Of a DNA stretch of 64,000 bases, positions 9,321 to 17,492 are shown in pieces. The stretch's first letter is position 1, and each line of letters begins with the position of its first letter. The notes beneath the pieces are model-generated. The model did not search any database. It was not told the origin of the DNA and saw nothing but the letters and a program-made list of their open reading frames with translations. This stretch comes from Anaerolineales bacterium (GTDB taxonomy: Bacteria; Chloroflexota; Anaerolineae; Anaerolineales; Villigracilaceae): NCBI GenBank assembly GCA_050014055.1, contig JBEKEB010000001.1, positions 2,483 to 66,482 of the forward strand, given 5' to 3'. Both the position numbers and the translations under genes were made by a program.

Positions 9321-9585
9321 GAAACCAGTTTGATTAAGAATCTATCCGAAAATTATATAAGAACCATTCTTTTAGTATGTGCGGTCGCGAAGCACCGCGG
9401 AGCATCCCGTAGGGATACCCGAAGAGTGTAAAGCCGTGCATCCTAAAAATATGAACTTCTCTTAAATTTTCTGATAAATACTTAAGAAGTGTTGGGATCC
9501 AGGGGCAGATAGATGGGCCTTGGGCGGGCTTCGCCCGATTCACATGGTAAAATCAGGCCGATTCCACCTTTCAGGAGATCTATTG

Positions 9586-10038
9586 ATGAAAATAGCCGTT
9601 GCCTGTGACCATGCCGGTTTTCCGCTTAAGCAGCGCGTTCTGGAAACAGTCCGCCGCCTCGGACACACGCCGCTCGATCTGGGCACCGATAGCACCGCCT
9701 CGGTGGACTATCCTGACTACGCTGAAAAACTTGGTCGTCTCATCCAGGCCGGGCAGGCCGAGCGCGGGATCTTACTGTGCGGTTCCGGTGTGGGAGCCAG
9801 TATCGCAGCCAATAAACTCAAGGGCATCTACGCCGGAGTTTGCCACGATACATTTTCGGGTCACCAAGGCGTCGAGCACGACAATATGAATGTGCTCTGC
9901 CTGGGGCCGCGTGTCATCGGGCCTGAATTAGCCATGGAGATCATCACGGCCTTTTTATCGGCGCGTTTCATCGGCAATGATCCCGGGCAGGAACGGCATG
10001 CCCGGCGGGTTGCCAAAATCAGGAAATTGGAAAGTTGA
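9586..10038 (+). CDS. rpiB: Ribose-5-phosphate isomerase B
   Basis: MKIAVACDHAGFPLK ... LLCGSGVGASIAANK. The ATG at 9586 follows AGGAGA; the ORF-track start at 9520 is judged too far upstream. Confidence 0.9.
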   Translation: MKIAVACDHAGFPLKQRVLETVRRLGHTPLDLGTDSTASVDYPDYAEKLGRLIQAGQAERGILLCGSGVGASIAANKLKGIYAGVCHDTFSGHQGVEHDNMNVLCLGPRVIGPELAMEIITAFLSARFIGNDPGQERHARRVAKIRKLES

Positions 10039-10049
10039 CGGGTAGGAGC

Positions 10050-12815
10050 ATGACAATCCAAAAACTCTATTCGCTCGGCCAATCGCTCTGGTACGATAAT
10101 ATCCAGAGGCGTCTGCTTGAGAATGGTGAACTGGCTGCTATGATCACGCGCGGCGATATCCGCGGTGTCACCTCCAATCCTTCCATTTTCCTTAACGCCA
10201 TTACCAAAACAAACGACTATGAACCGGCCCTCATTCCACTGGCCTGGTCCGGCTGGGATGCCGAACGGATCTTCTGGCAGCTTGCCATCGAAGACATCCG
10301 GGATGCATGCGACAAGTTCTCAACCATGTACCGCGAGAGCGAAGGGGCGGATGGCTTCGTTTCGCTCGAGGTCAACCCGTTATTGGCTCACAATACCGCC
10401 GGCACGTTTGCCCAGGCCAAACAACTCTGGGAATGGGTGAATCGCCCGAACCTGATGGTCAAGATTCCCGCCACATTGGAAGGTATTCCAGCCGTGCGTC
10501 TTGCCATTGCAGCCGGGATCAATGTTAACATCACCCTGATATTCTCCCTGGAACGCTATCATGCAGTCATGGAAGCCTATCTGGGTGGGCTGGAAGATCG
10601 CCTTAATGCCGGGTTGGATGTCCGTCATATTGCCTCCGTGGCCTCCTTCTTCGTCTCCCGCATGGACACGAAAGTGGATACGCTTTTGGATGCGATCGGA
10701 ACTGCCGGGGCGCAGGATTTACGCGGCAAGGCTGCCATTGCGTATACCAGGCTGGCGTATGAGGCCTTCCTCAAGGTTTTCCGCGGTGAGCGCTTTGCCA
10801 GTTTTAATGCGGCCGGGTGTGCGGTGCAGCGCCCGCTCTGGGCCTCCACCAGCACCAAGGATCCGGCCTATCCCGACACAATGTACGTGGACCAGTTGAT
10901 CGGTCCAGGCACAGTCGACACCGTCCCGCCCAAGACTCTGGAAGCTTTCCGTGACCACGGCAAAGCCGTGGAAACCATCCTCGACGACCTGGACGGGGCC
11001 CGCCAAACCCTCGCCTCCCTGGAAAACCTCGGCATCTCGATGGATAAGGTGACGGCGGAACTCGAGGCGGAAGGCGTGAAATCCTTTTCGGATGCTTTTT
11101 CCGCCATGTTGCAGGCGATAGACGAGCACCGTTCCCGCGCCGTCAGTGCCCTTGGTCCCCTGGCTGAATCCGTCAACCGTCGGGTTGCCAGCCTGATTGC
11201 CGCAGCGGCTCCTGCTCGTCTGTGGTCGCACGACCCGGCCCTGTGGACGGCTGATCCGGCCGGCCAGGAGGAAGTTCGCAAGCGCATGGGCTGGTTGGAC
11301 CTGCCGCGCAGTTCACGCGCAGCCGTCAAGGAGATCAACGATTTTACCCGCCGCGTGCACGCGGATGGTCTGACAAATGTGCTCCTGCTTGGCATGGGTG
11401 GTTCATCGCTCGCACCGGAAGTGCTATCCCTCATTTATTCTGCCCTCGCTCCTTCAAAAAGCCACGCCGCGCAAGCCGGCCTTACCTTCTCCATCCTCGA
11501 TTCCACCGATCCTGCCCAGGTGCTGGAAACCGCCCGCCAGTTCCCGCCGAAGAAGACTCTCTACATTGTCTCCTCCAAATCCGGCGGCACGGCGGAAGTG
11601 AACGCGCTGTTCAATTTTTTTTGGGAGCAGACCGGCGGGGATGGCAGCTATTTTGTTGCCATTACCGACCCGGGCACCACGCTGGAAGCCCTGGCGAATG
11701 CGCGCGGTTTCCGTAAAACCTTCCTGGCCGACCCGACTGTTGGCGGGCGTTTCTCAGCCTTGACCCATTTTGGACTGGTCCCGGCGGCATTGATCGGCTT
11801 CAACGTGGAACACCTGCTCCAGCGCGCCCGCTGGATGATGCGCCAGAGTACTGCAGCCGTAAGCGGAGCGCGCAACCCTGGCCTGGTATTGGGCGCCGTG
11901 CTGGGTCAGGCCGCTGTGGTAGGACGGGACAAGCTTACCATCCTGGCTGATCGATCGGTTGCCTCGCTGGGCGCCTGGTTGGACCAGTTGGTGGACGAGT
12001 CGAGCGGAAAACAAGGCAAGGGCATCCTAGTCGTTGACGGCGAACCGGTCGCGCAGCCTGAACGGTACGGCGCTGACCGGATCTTCGTCTACCTGCGGCA
12101 GGATGGCAGCCTGGACTCGCAGGTGGAAAAGCTGCGCCAGGCCGGTCATCCGGCGCTGATATTCGAGATTTCTGGCATATACGACCTGGGAGCCGAGTTC
12201 TATCGCTGGGAAGTGGCAACGTCTTTCGCCTGCGCTGTGCTGGGTGTCAACGCCTTCGACCAGCCGGATGTGCAGGATAGCAAGAACCGCACCGTAAAAA
12301 AGATCGAGGCTTATAAACAATCCGGGAAACTGGAAGAGGGCCTACCCATCTGGAATAAAGCAGGGATACGTGCCTTTTCGAATATGGATCTGGTTGGCGC
12401 CGGCCTCGAACAGACTTTGCAGGCTTTCCTGGGCGTGGCGCAGGCCGGAAAGAATTATGTTGCCATAAATGCCTACATTCCACGCAATCCCGCCACGGCT
12501 GCTGCGCTGACCGAATTGCGCCTGGCCATCCGCGCAAGGACCGGTTGTGCCACCACAGTCGGGTTTGGCCCGCGTTTCCTGCATTCCACCGGTCAGATGC
12601 ACAAGGGCGGGCCGGATACGGGCCTGTTCCTGCAGATTACCACCGACCCGCTCACTGACCTGGAGATTCCCACCCAAAAGATGCGTTTTGGCGTACTGGA
12701 GCGCTGCCAGGCCCTCGGCGATTACGAGGCCCTGGCGGCCCGCCAGCGGAGTATCCTGCGTCTGCATCTGAATTCACCGGAACTGCTGGCCAAACTGGTC
12801 AAAGCATTAAAATGA
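10050..12815 (+). CDS. Bifunctional transaldolase / glucose-6-phosphate isomerase fusion
   Basis: The N-terminal ~370 aa are transaldolase-like (SLWYDNI, GVTSNPSIF, MVKIPAT). The C-terminal ~550 aa are PGI-like (LLLGMGGSSLAPEV, SKSGGTAE). ATG at 10050 follows GGTAGGAG. Confidence 0.85.
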   Translation: MTIQKLYSLGQSLWYDNIQRRLLENGELAAMITRGDIRGVTSNPSIFLNAITKTNDYEPALIPLAWSGWDAERIFWQLAIEDIRDACDKFSTMYRESEGADGFVSLEVNPLLAHNTAGTFAQAKQLWEWVNRPNLMVKIPATLEGIPAVRLAIAAGINVNITLIFSLERYHAVMEAYLGGLEDRLNAGLDVRHIASVASFFVSRMDTKVDTLLDAIGTAGAQDLRGKAAIAYTRLAYEAFLKVFRGERFASFNAAGCAVQRPLWASTSTKDPAYPDTMYVDQLIGPGTVDTVPPKTLEAFRDHGKAVETILDDLDGARQTLASLENLGISMDKVTAELEAEGVKSFSDAFSAMLQAIDEHRSRAVSALGPLAESVNRRVASLIAAAAPARLWSHDPALWTADPAGQEEVRKRMGWLDLPRSSRAAVKEINDFTRRVHADGLTNVLLLGMGGSSLAPEVLSLIYSALAPSKSHAAQAGLTFSILDSTDPAQVLETARQFPPKKTLYIVSSKSGGTAEVNALFNFFWEQTGGDGSYFVAITDPGTTLEALANARGFRKTFLADPTVGGRFSALTHFGLVPAALIGFNVEHLLQRARWMMRQSTAAVSGARNPGLVLGAVLGQAAVVGRDKLTILADRSVASLGAWLDQLVDESSGKQGKGILVVDGEPVAQPERYGADRIFVYLRQDGSLDSQVEKLRQAGHPALIFEISGIYDLGAEFYRWEVATSFACAVLGVNAFDQPDVQDSKNRTVKKIEAYKQSGKLEEGLPIWNKAGIRAFSNMDLVGAGLEQTLQAFLGVAQAGKNYVAINAYIPRNPATAAALTELRLAIRARTGCATTVGFGPRFLHSTGQMHKGGPDTGLFLQITTDPLTDLEIPTQKMRFGVLERCQALGDYEALAARQRSILRLHLNSPELLAKLVKALK

Positions 12816-13696
12816 CCTCCCATCGGAGTCCGAAGTCTGGAGACTTCGGACTCTATATATCTGCACTGATGCTCGTTTTCCTAGCGGCCTGCCAATCCCA
12901 GGCCGCTATAGCGTTAACATCAACTGCCACAACCTCCCCCAACCCAACCGCCAGCCCGACTGTCACCAGCACACCCACATTAATTCCTTCTCCCACCGCA
13001 ACTCCCACTCCCGCCCCAACCCTGTTCATGTTGCCAACCCTGGACCCGCAAGCCACGCTCCAACCCTGCGATCAACGCCGTCCGGCCGACAGTGATTTGT
13101 TTTCCGAAGTGGATGCCAATTATGGCCTCGACCCAGCCTATGTGCCCGGGGACCTGGTCAGGCTGGGAAATTACCTGCCCGGCCGGGTGACCCTGCCGGA
13201 TATGCTGTTGCGCCAGCCGGCCGCCCGGGCGTTGGGGAAGATGGTCAAAGACATGCTGGCTGTCGGTCTCGCCCCGACCGTGCTGTCTTCCTACCGGAGT
13301 TACTTCGACCAGGCCGTGGCCCATAATCTCTGGGTGGTTTCCGATCCAACCAACGCCAATGAGGTCAGCGCCCTGCCCGGTCACAGCGAACACCAGCTGG
13401 GCACGGCAGTGGATTTCGGCTCACCAGAGCTGCCCTCCCTGACAGGCACCACCACCGATCCATTTTCCACTCTTTTCGACCAGACCAATGAAGGTCGTTG
13501 GCTGGCCCAGCATGCTTTCGAATACGGTTTTAGCCTGAGCTCCCCGCCGGGAGCCGAAAGCGTAACCGGCCTGGCCTACGAGCCCTGGCATTACCGTTAC
13601 GTGGGACTGGAAATGGCAGCCTACCTGCACGCGAGCGGATATTATTTGGACGAGTATCTGCTAAAGGTGCGCCCTGTAATGCCCTGTCAGCCCTGA
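12812..13696 (+). CDS. M15-family (VanY-like) D-alanyl-D-alanine carboxypeptidase, lipoprotein with Thr/Pro linker
   Basis: Lipobox LAAC; SxHxxGxAxD-type motif PGHSEHQLGTAVDF; EPWHYRY. Confidence 0.8.
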   Translation: MTSHRSPKSGDFGLYISALMLVFLAACQSQAAIALTSTATTSPNPTASPTVTSTPTLIPSPTATPTPAPTLFMLPTLDPQATLQPCDQRRPADSDLFSEVDANYGLDPAYVPGDLVRLGNYLPGRVTLPDMLLRQPAARALGKMVKDMLAVGLAPTVLSSYRSYFDQAVAHNLWVVSDPTNANEVSALPGHSEHQLGTAVDFGSPELPSLTGTTTDPFSTLFDQTNEGRWLAQHAFEYGFSLSSPPGAESVTGLAYEPWHYRYVGLEMAAYLHASGYYLDEYLLKVRPVMPCQP

Positions 13697-13778
13697 AAAC
13701 CATGATTGCCATGAAATTACCAATAGGAAAGCATGACACTTTGCAGTATGATTAAAGTTGCATCCTTCGGAGTGCCGC

Positions 13779-15023
13779 ATGCGTTATAGAAACATCCTTC
13801 TGTGCCTGGTTATTCTATCGTCCTTGATCGCCTGCACGGTTGACCCCGGTACCCTGCCCTCTTTTTGGGGATTCCTGGGGCCAGACTTGCTCGTTCCAAC
13901 GGATACCCCCACGGTCACCCAAACGAAGGTACCAGCGACCTTTACAGCCTCGGTCACGCTTACCCTCACCTCCACTTCTTCAACGACCTATACGCCAACC
14001 TCTACAGGGACCTCCACAGCCACATTACCCACTTCCCTGACGACAACCGCCACGCCCTCTTTCACCACCAGTCCAACCTTCACCCTTACGCAAACCCCCT
14101 CCTTGACGGCAACCGCCACGCGCACTTTCACCGCCACAGCAACATTAACGCGCACATTAACTCCATCGATTACCAAGACCCCAAGTACAACATTCACCCG
14201 CACTTCCACAGTCAGTCTGACCAGAACGCCAACCCCAACATTTACGCATACTCCCAGCCAGATTGCCTCTTTTACCTCCACAACTACAAAAACGGGCACT
14301 CCGGCCTTCAACCCCTCTGATACGGGAACGGCCACAAGCACTTCCACTGCCAGTCAGACCAGGACGTCCACACCGGCAGATACCATGACTTTTACCCCGG
14401 GACGGACCAGCTCCATCACCTCTACATCTACCCAAACCGCCTCACCAACCTACACCCAGTCAGTTTCGGCAACGGAAACGCGCACTCCCACCGCCAGCCT
14501 GACCAGAACGCCCACCTCGACGCCCACCAAAACTGTTTCCGCAACAACCACGCCAACCCGTACGAATACCCCGCCTGCTGTAGCAACGAGCACCCCCACG
14601 AAATCCGGCTGCAGCTTGATTCATAATGGCGCCTTTGAGAACCAGATGCTCAGCCTCATCAACGCCCAACGCGCCCTGGCTGGCCTGGGCGCATTGACAG
14701 ATTCCTATCCGCTCGAGAACTCTTCCGGGATCCACAGCGATGACCAGGCGGCCAATGATTTCCTCTCGCACACCGGCTCGGATGGTTCTACCTATTGGCA
14801 GCGGGAGGTCGCGGCGGGCTATACCGGCAGATGGGGCGGCGAGATCATCTACGCCGGTTCGGGCGCCTATAACAACCCCCAGAGCGCCGTGACCTGGTGG
14901 ATGAATGACGCACCGCATAAAGCCATCATCCTTGCCGATTACAACGACTTCGGCGCAGGTTATGCTTATTGTCCCACCGGCACCTATGGCGGCTTCTTTA
15001 CTGTGGATTTTGGCCATCGATGA
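13779..15023 (+). CDS. Secreted CAP/SCP (YkwD-like) domain protein with a ~250-aa Thr/Ser/Pro low-complexity linker
   Basis: Lipobox-like LIAC. The C-terminal part runs LINAQRA...HS..M......SHTG...WGENI-like and ends with GYAY. ATG at 13779 chosen instead of TTG 13758. Confidence 0.75.
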   Translation: MRYRNILLCLVILSSLIACTVDPGTLPSFWGFLGPDLLVPTDTPTVTQTKVPATFTASVTLTLTSTSSTTYTPTSTGTSTATLPTSLTTTATPSFTTSPTFTLTQTPSLTATATRTFTATATLTRTLTPSITKTPSTTFTRTSTVSLTRTPTPTFTHTPSQIASFTSTTTKTGTPAFNPSDTGTATSTSTASQTRTSTPADTMTFTPGRTSSITSTSTQTASPTYTQSVSATETRTPTASLTRTPTSTPTKTVSATTTPTRTNTPPAVATSTPTKSGCSLIHNGAFENQMLSLINAQRALAGLGALTDSYPLENSSGIHSDDQAANDFLSHTGSDGSTYWQREVAAGYTGRWGGEIIYAGSGAYNNPQSAVTWWMNDAPHKAIILADYNDFGAGYAYCPTGTYGGFFTVDFGHR

Positions 15024-15050
15024 AAGTCAATAATAAAAAAGGATTCTTAA

Positions 15051-15108
15051 ACACAAAGGTCACCAAGGTACACGAAGAGTTTTAAAGTTTTCCTTAGTGT
15101 CCTTGGTG
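15051..15108. repeat. Inverted array of CACnAAGG / CCTTnGTG units (dispersed repeat family)
   Basis: acacaaagg tcaccaagg tacacgaag ... ccttagtg tccttggtg in the convergent intergenic region. Confidence 0.7.
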
Positions 15109-15116
15109 GCCGCCTG

Positions 15117-15173
15117 TCCCGCGGAGCTTTCCCGCGGGATTGAGGTGAATCTTTTTTTGTGGTGAATCTTTTT
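15117..15173. terminator. Hairpin tcccgcgg/ccgcggga followed by two direct ggtgaatcttttt units; probable bidirectional terminator region
   Basis: 8-bp stem at 15117-15124 / 15132-15139. T-rich direct repeats at 15144-15156 and 15161-15173, between convergent genes. Confidence 0.45.
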
Positions 15174-15174
15174 C

Positions 15175-16770
15175 TTACACCGGGTTTTCTGCGAGCCTCT
15201 TTCCCAGATCCCTTTTTTCCAATGCGTTGAAAATTCTCATCAAGAAGGGCACATTCGCCAGCCCGCCGAGAACCGCGCCCATCAGATTGGTGAACGGGCC
15301 TGGCAGAGGCGGCAGGTCGATCTGCGCGCCGAAATCCACGCCGCGGCCATCCAACTCGTAGCTGTTCCGGCCCATTTTCAGGACGCCGGGGTTGCTCTCC
15401 AGGAAAAGGCGCAAGGCCGCCTGCTCGGATTCCGTCAGCCAGGCCGGCACGTCGGAGCTGGCTTTGAATTCCGCAATCTGGGCCAGGTCTTGCAGGAGCT
15501 GCTTCTGCTCTGCGGTCAGATCGTTCAGCCTGGACCGGAAATAGGTTACGTCCGGGTCGGTCTGGACCAGCGGTTTGAGCCACAGCCGCTGCAGCGTGGT
15601 CCGGATGGCATTGCGCGTGCCGGGTGTGGCGGTGTTCATTAGCAAATCTTCATCCCTGTGCGAAGCCCAAAATCCGGCTACATCCGGTCCCACCCGCAGC
15701 CCGTCGCACAGGCCCAGGGACGGCAGAACCGGCGCGCCGCAGGTCAGGAAGTAGGCTTCCCCCAGCGCCTCCCGGATGGCTTTCAGCCCTTGCCGGTAAG
15801 CCGCTTCGCGTGGCATATCCACGGACCGTTTGCCGGGCAGCGCGCCCGCATACAGGAAGTCCAATTTGGCATATTCATAGCCCCAGCCGCGCACCTTTTC
15901 CATCAGCGCCCGCAGCCAGTCCAGCACCCCCGGATGGGTGGTGTCCAGGGCATATAACTGCTCACCCCAGTTGAAGCCCGCCGAAACCGGCCTCCCATGC
16001 CCATCCCGCAGCAGCCAGTCCGGGTGCTCTTGATAGAGGCCCGAGGATGGCACAACCAGCAGCGGAGCCAGCCACAGGCCGGCTTTCCGCCCGGTTACTT
16101 TAATGCTGGCAGCCATCCCATCCATGCCGCCTGGGAATTTAGCATTTGGCTCCCAATCGCCGATAGTCATCTGCCAGCCGTCGTCCACCTGGAACACGTC
16201 GAAGGGCAGGTCGCCCAGGTCGCCTAGGATTTTTAGCAGGCGCGCTTCGGTGATCCCGCTGTACAGGCTGTACCACGAGCACCACACCCGCAGTGATTTT
16301 TGGGCCCGCCCACTTCCGAAGTTTTGCTTGAGCAACCCGGCGTACTGTTCGAAGATCACGTCTTCGTTTCCGCAGCCCACGAACCATTCCGCCTCTCCTG
16401 CTTCAACCCAGCCGGTCAATATCTGGCCCTGCAGCATAACGTGGCTTTCCAGCCCCAGCCCGCCCAGCAGCAGCACCTGCCCGTCCGGCATTTCCACCGC
16501 CCCATACCATGACCCATGCGGGCGGGTCTCGCCTGCGTAGGCCGGGTCGGTCTGCATGGCGGGCAGGCTGGAGGGCCGCATCGGCCCAAGCGGCCGGCCC
16601 ATTTCCACCCAGGCCGTCAGCGACCAGGACTGCCAGCCGGAGTACAGGTAGCGAATGGGTGCAATTGGCAGCTCCACGCTGACATGCGCGCCGGACAGCA
16701 ACCGGCCTTCGCTTGCCTCCTGGATGGAATCGGCCGTAATCTTGAGTTGATCGAGGAAGGTTTCAGCCAT
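15175..16770 (-). CDS. Alpha-galactosidase-like glycoside hydrolase (GH36/GH27 clan)
   Basis: FDVFQVDDGWQ and YEYAKLDFLY blocks; 531 aa. Confidence 0.6.
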   Translation of the reverse strand: MAETFLDQLKITADSIQEASEGRLLSGAHVSVELPIAPIRYLYSGWQSWSLTAWVEMGRPLGPMRPSSLPAMQTDPAYAGETRPHGSWYGAVEMPDGQVLLLGGLGLESHVMLQGQILTGWVEAGEAEWFVGCGNEDVIFEQYAGLLKQNFGSGRAQKSLRVWCSWYSLYSGITEARLLKILGDLGDLPFDVFQVDDGWQMTIGDWEPNAKFPGGMDGMAASIKVTGRKAGLWLAPLLVVPSSGLYQEHPDWLLRDGHGRPVSAGFNWGEQLYALDTTHPGVLDWLRALMEKVRGWGYEYAKLDFLYAGALPGKRSVDMPREAAYRQGLKAIREALGEAYFLTCGAPVLPSLGLCDGLRVGPDVAGFWASHRDEDLLMNTATPGTRNAIRTTLQRLWLKPLVQTDPDVTYFRSRLNDLTAEQKQLLQDLAQIAEFKASSDVPAWLTESEQAALRLFLESNPGVLKMGRNSYELDGRGVDFGAQIDLPPLPGPFTNLMGAVLGGLANVPFLMRIFNALEKRDLGKRLAENPV

Positions 16771-16972
16771 GCTGGGTTCCTTTTAGAGAGCTGGATTGTG
16801 TGCTTTCGAGTATACCAAATTGAGCAAAGAATAGTACATTCATTGGCGGAAAATCCATTCCTCTTGGGCGCGTGCGACCAATCTTCAATCCTCAATCGGC
16901 CTTCCGCACTTGTCCGCCCACTGTTTCTGTGGCATAATTTGGCGAATTAAAAGGATTTCTCCATAAAGGTTT

Positions 16973-17010
16973 TTCTTTGTGTCCTTTGTGACCTTTGTGG
17001 TGAAAAATCC
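16973..17010. repeat. Three tandem CTTTGTG units plus a gtgaaaaatcc tail (same repeat family)
   Basis: ttctttgtg tcctttgtg acctttgtg gtgaaaaatcc. Confidence 0.65.
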
Positions 17011-17029
17011 TTTCGAATAATTAGCAATT

Positions 17030-17340
17030 AAAGGCGATGATGGGAACGAGTACACCCCGTACTGCTGCCAGCGAACCCGGAAATAGTGCAAGCCGGGTTA
17101 GCGGGAAGGGCCGAAAATCCTCCCGGAGCCGTGCTCTGAAATTAGTCCAATAGTCACGAGTCTGATAGTCTCATGGTTGGGCTGAGAGTAGGAAAACCGG
17201 AGTTGTCCTCCGTTAGAAGGACAGGAGTATATCCCTTCGGGGCGTACTCCACTGAGAGCCTGCCTTTTGGCAGGAAGCAGAGTGGTAGCGCGTGAGTCAT
17301 CCGGCTCTCGTCTCTGGGTTGAGGCGAGAGTTTTTGATTT
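17030..17340 (+). promoter_or_regulatory. T-box riboswitch leader, candidate Ile specifier AUC, controlling ileS
   Basis: K-turn GCGAUGA (17034-17040), GAGUA, AGCGAA bulge. Distal stem CCCGG/CCGGG with loop AAAUAGUGCAAG. GAAA-AUC at 17114-17119. T-box sequence GCAGAGUGGUAGCGCG (17276-17292). Terminator follows. Confidence 0.8.
17305..17340 (+). terminator. Intrinsic terminator of the T-box leader
   Basis: 10-bp stem ctctcgtctc / gaggcgagag (one G-U pair), loop tgggtt, then tttttgatttt. Confidence 0.8.
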
Positions 17341-17355
17341 TATAAAAAGATTTTT

Positions 17356-17466
17356 AACACAAAGGACACCAAGGAGCACAAAGAAACACTAAGGAAAGAA
17401 ATGCTTTTTTATAAACCTTTTTCTTCGTGATCTTTTTCCTTGGTGATACCTAGTGTCCTTTGTGTT
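17356..17466. repeat. ~110-nt inverted-repeat copy of the CACnAAGG/CCTTnGTG family
   Basis: aacacaaaggacac at 17356-17369 pairs with gtgtcctttgtgtt at 17453-17466. Internal caccaagg, cactaagg and ccttggtg units. Confidence 0.7.
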
Positions 17467-17492
17467 GAATTCTTTTCTTTTTGGAGGTAAGC

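Noticed and set aside
9321-9585. Several short hairpins (gcggt...accgc, atccc-gta-gggat, cgggc-ttc-gcccg) between treS and rpiB.
   Set aside because: The stems are only 5 bp, with no U-run and no recognised motif. This is probably ordinary promoter or UTR sequence.
13900-14620. Highly repetitive stretch that might be mistaken for a CRISPR-like or satellite array.
   Set aside because: It is in-frame Thr/Ser/Pro low-complexity coding sequence of the CAP-domain protein. It has no constant repeat/spacer periodicity.
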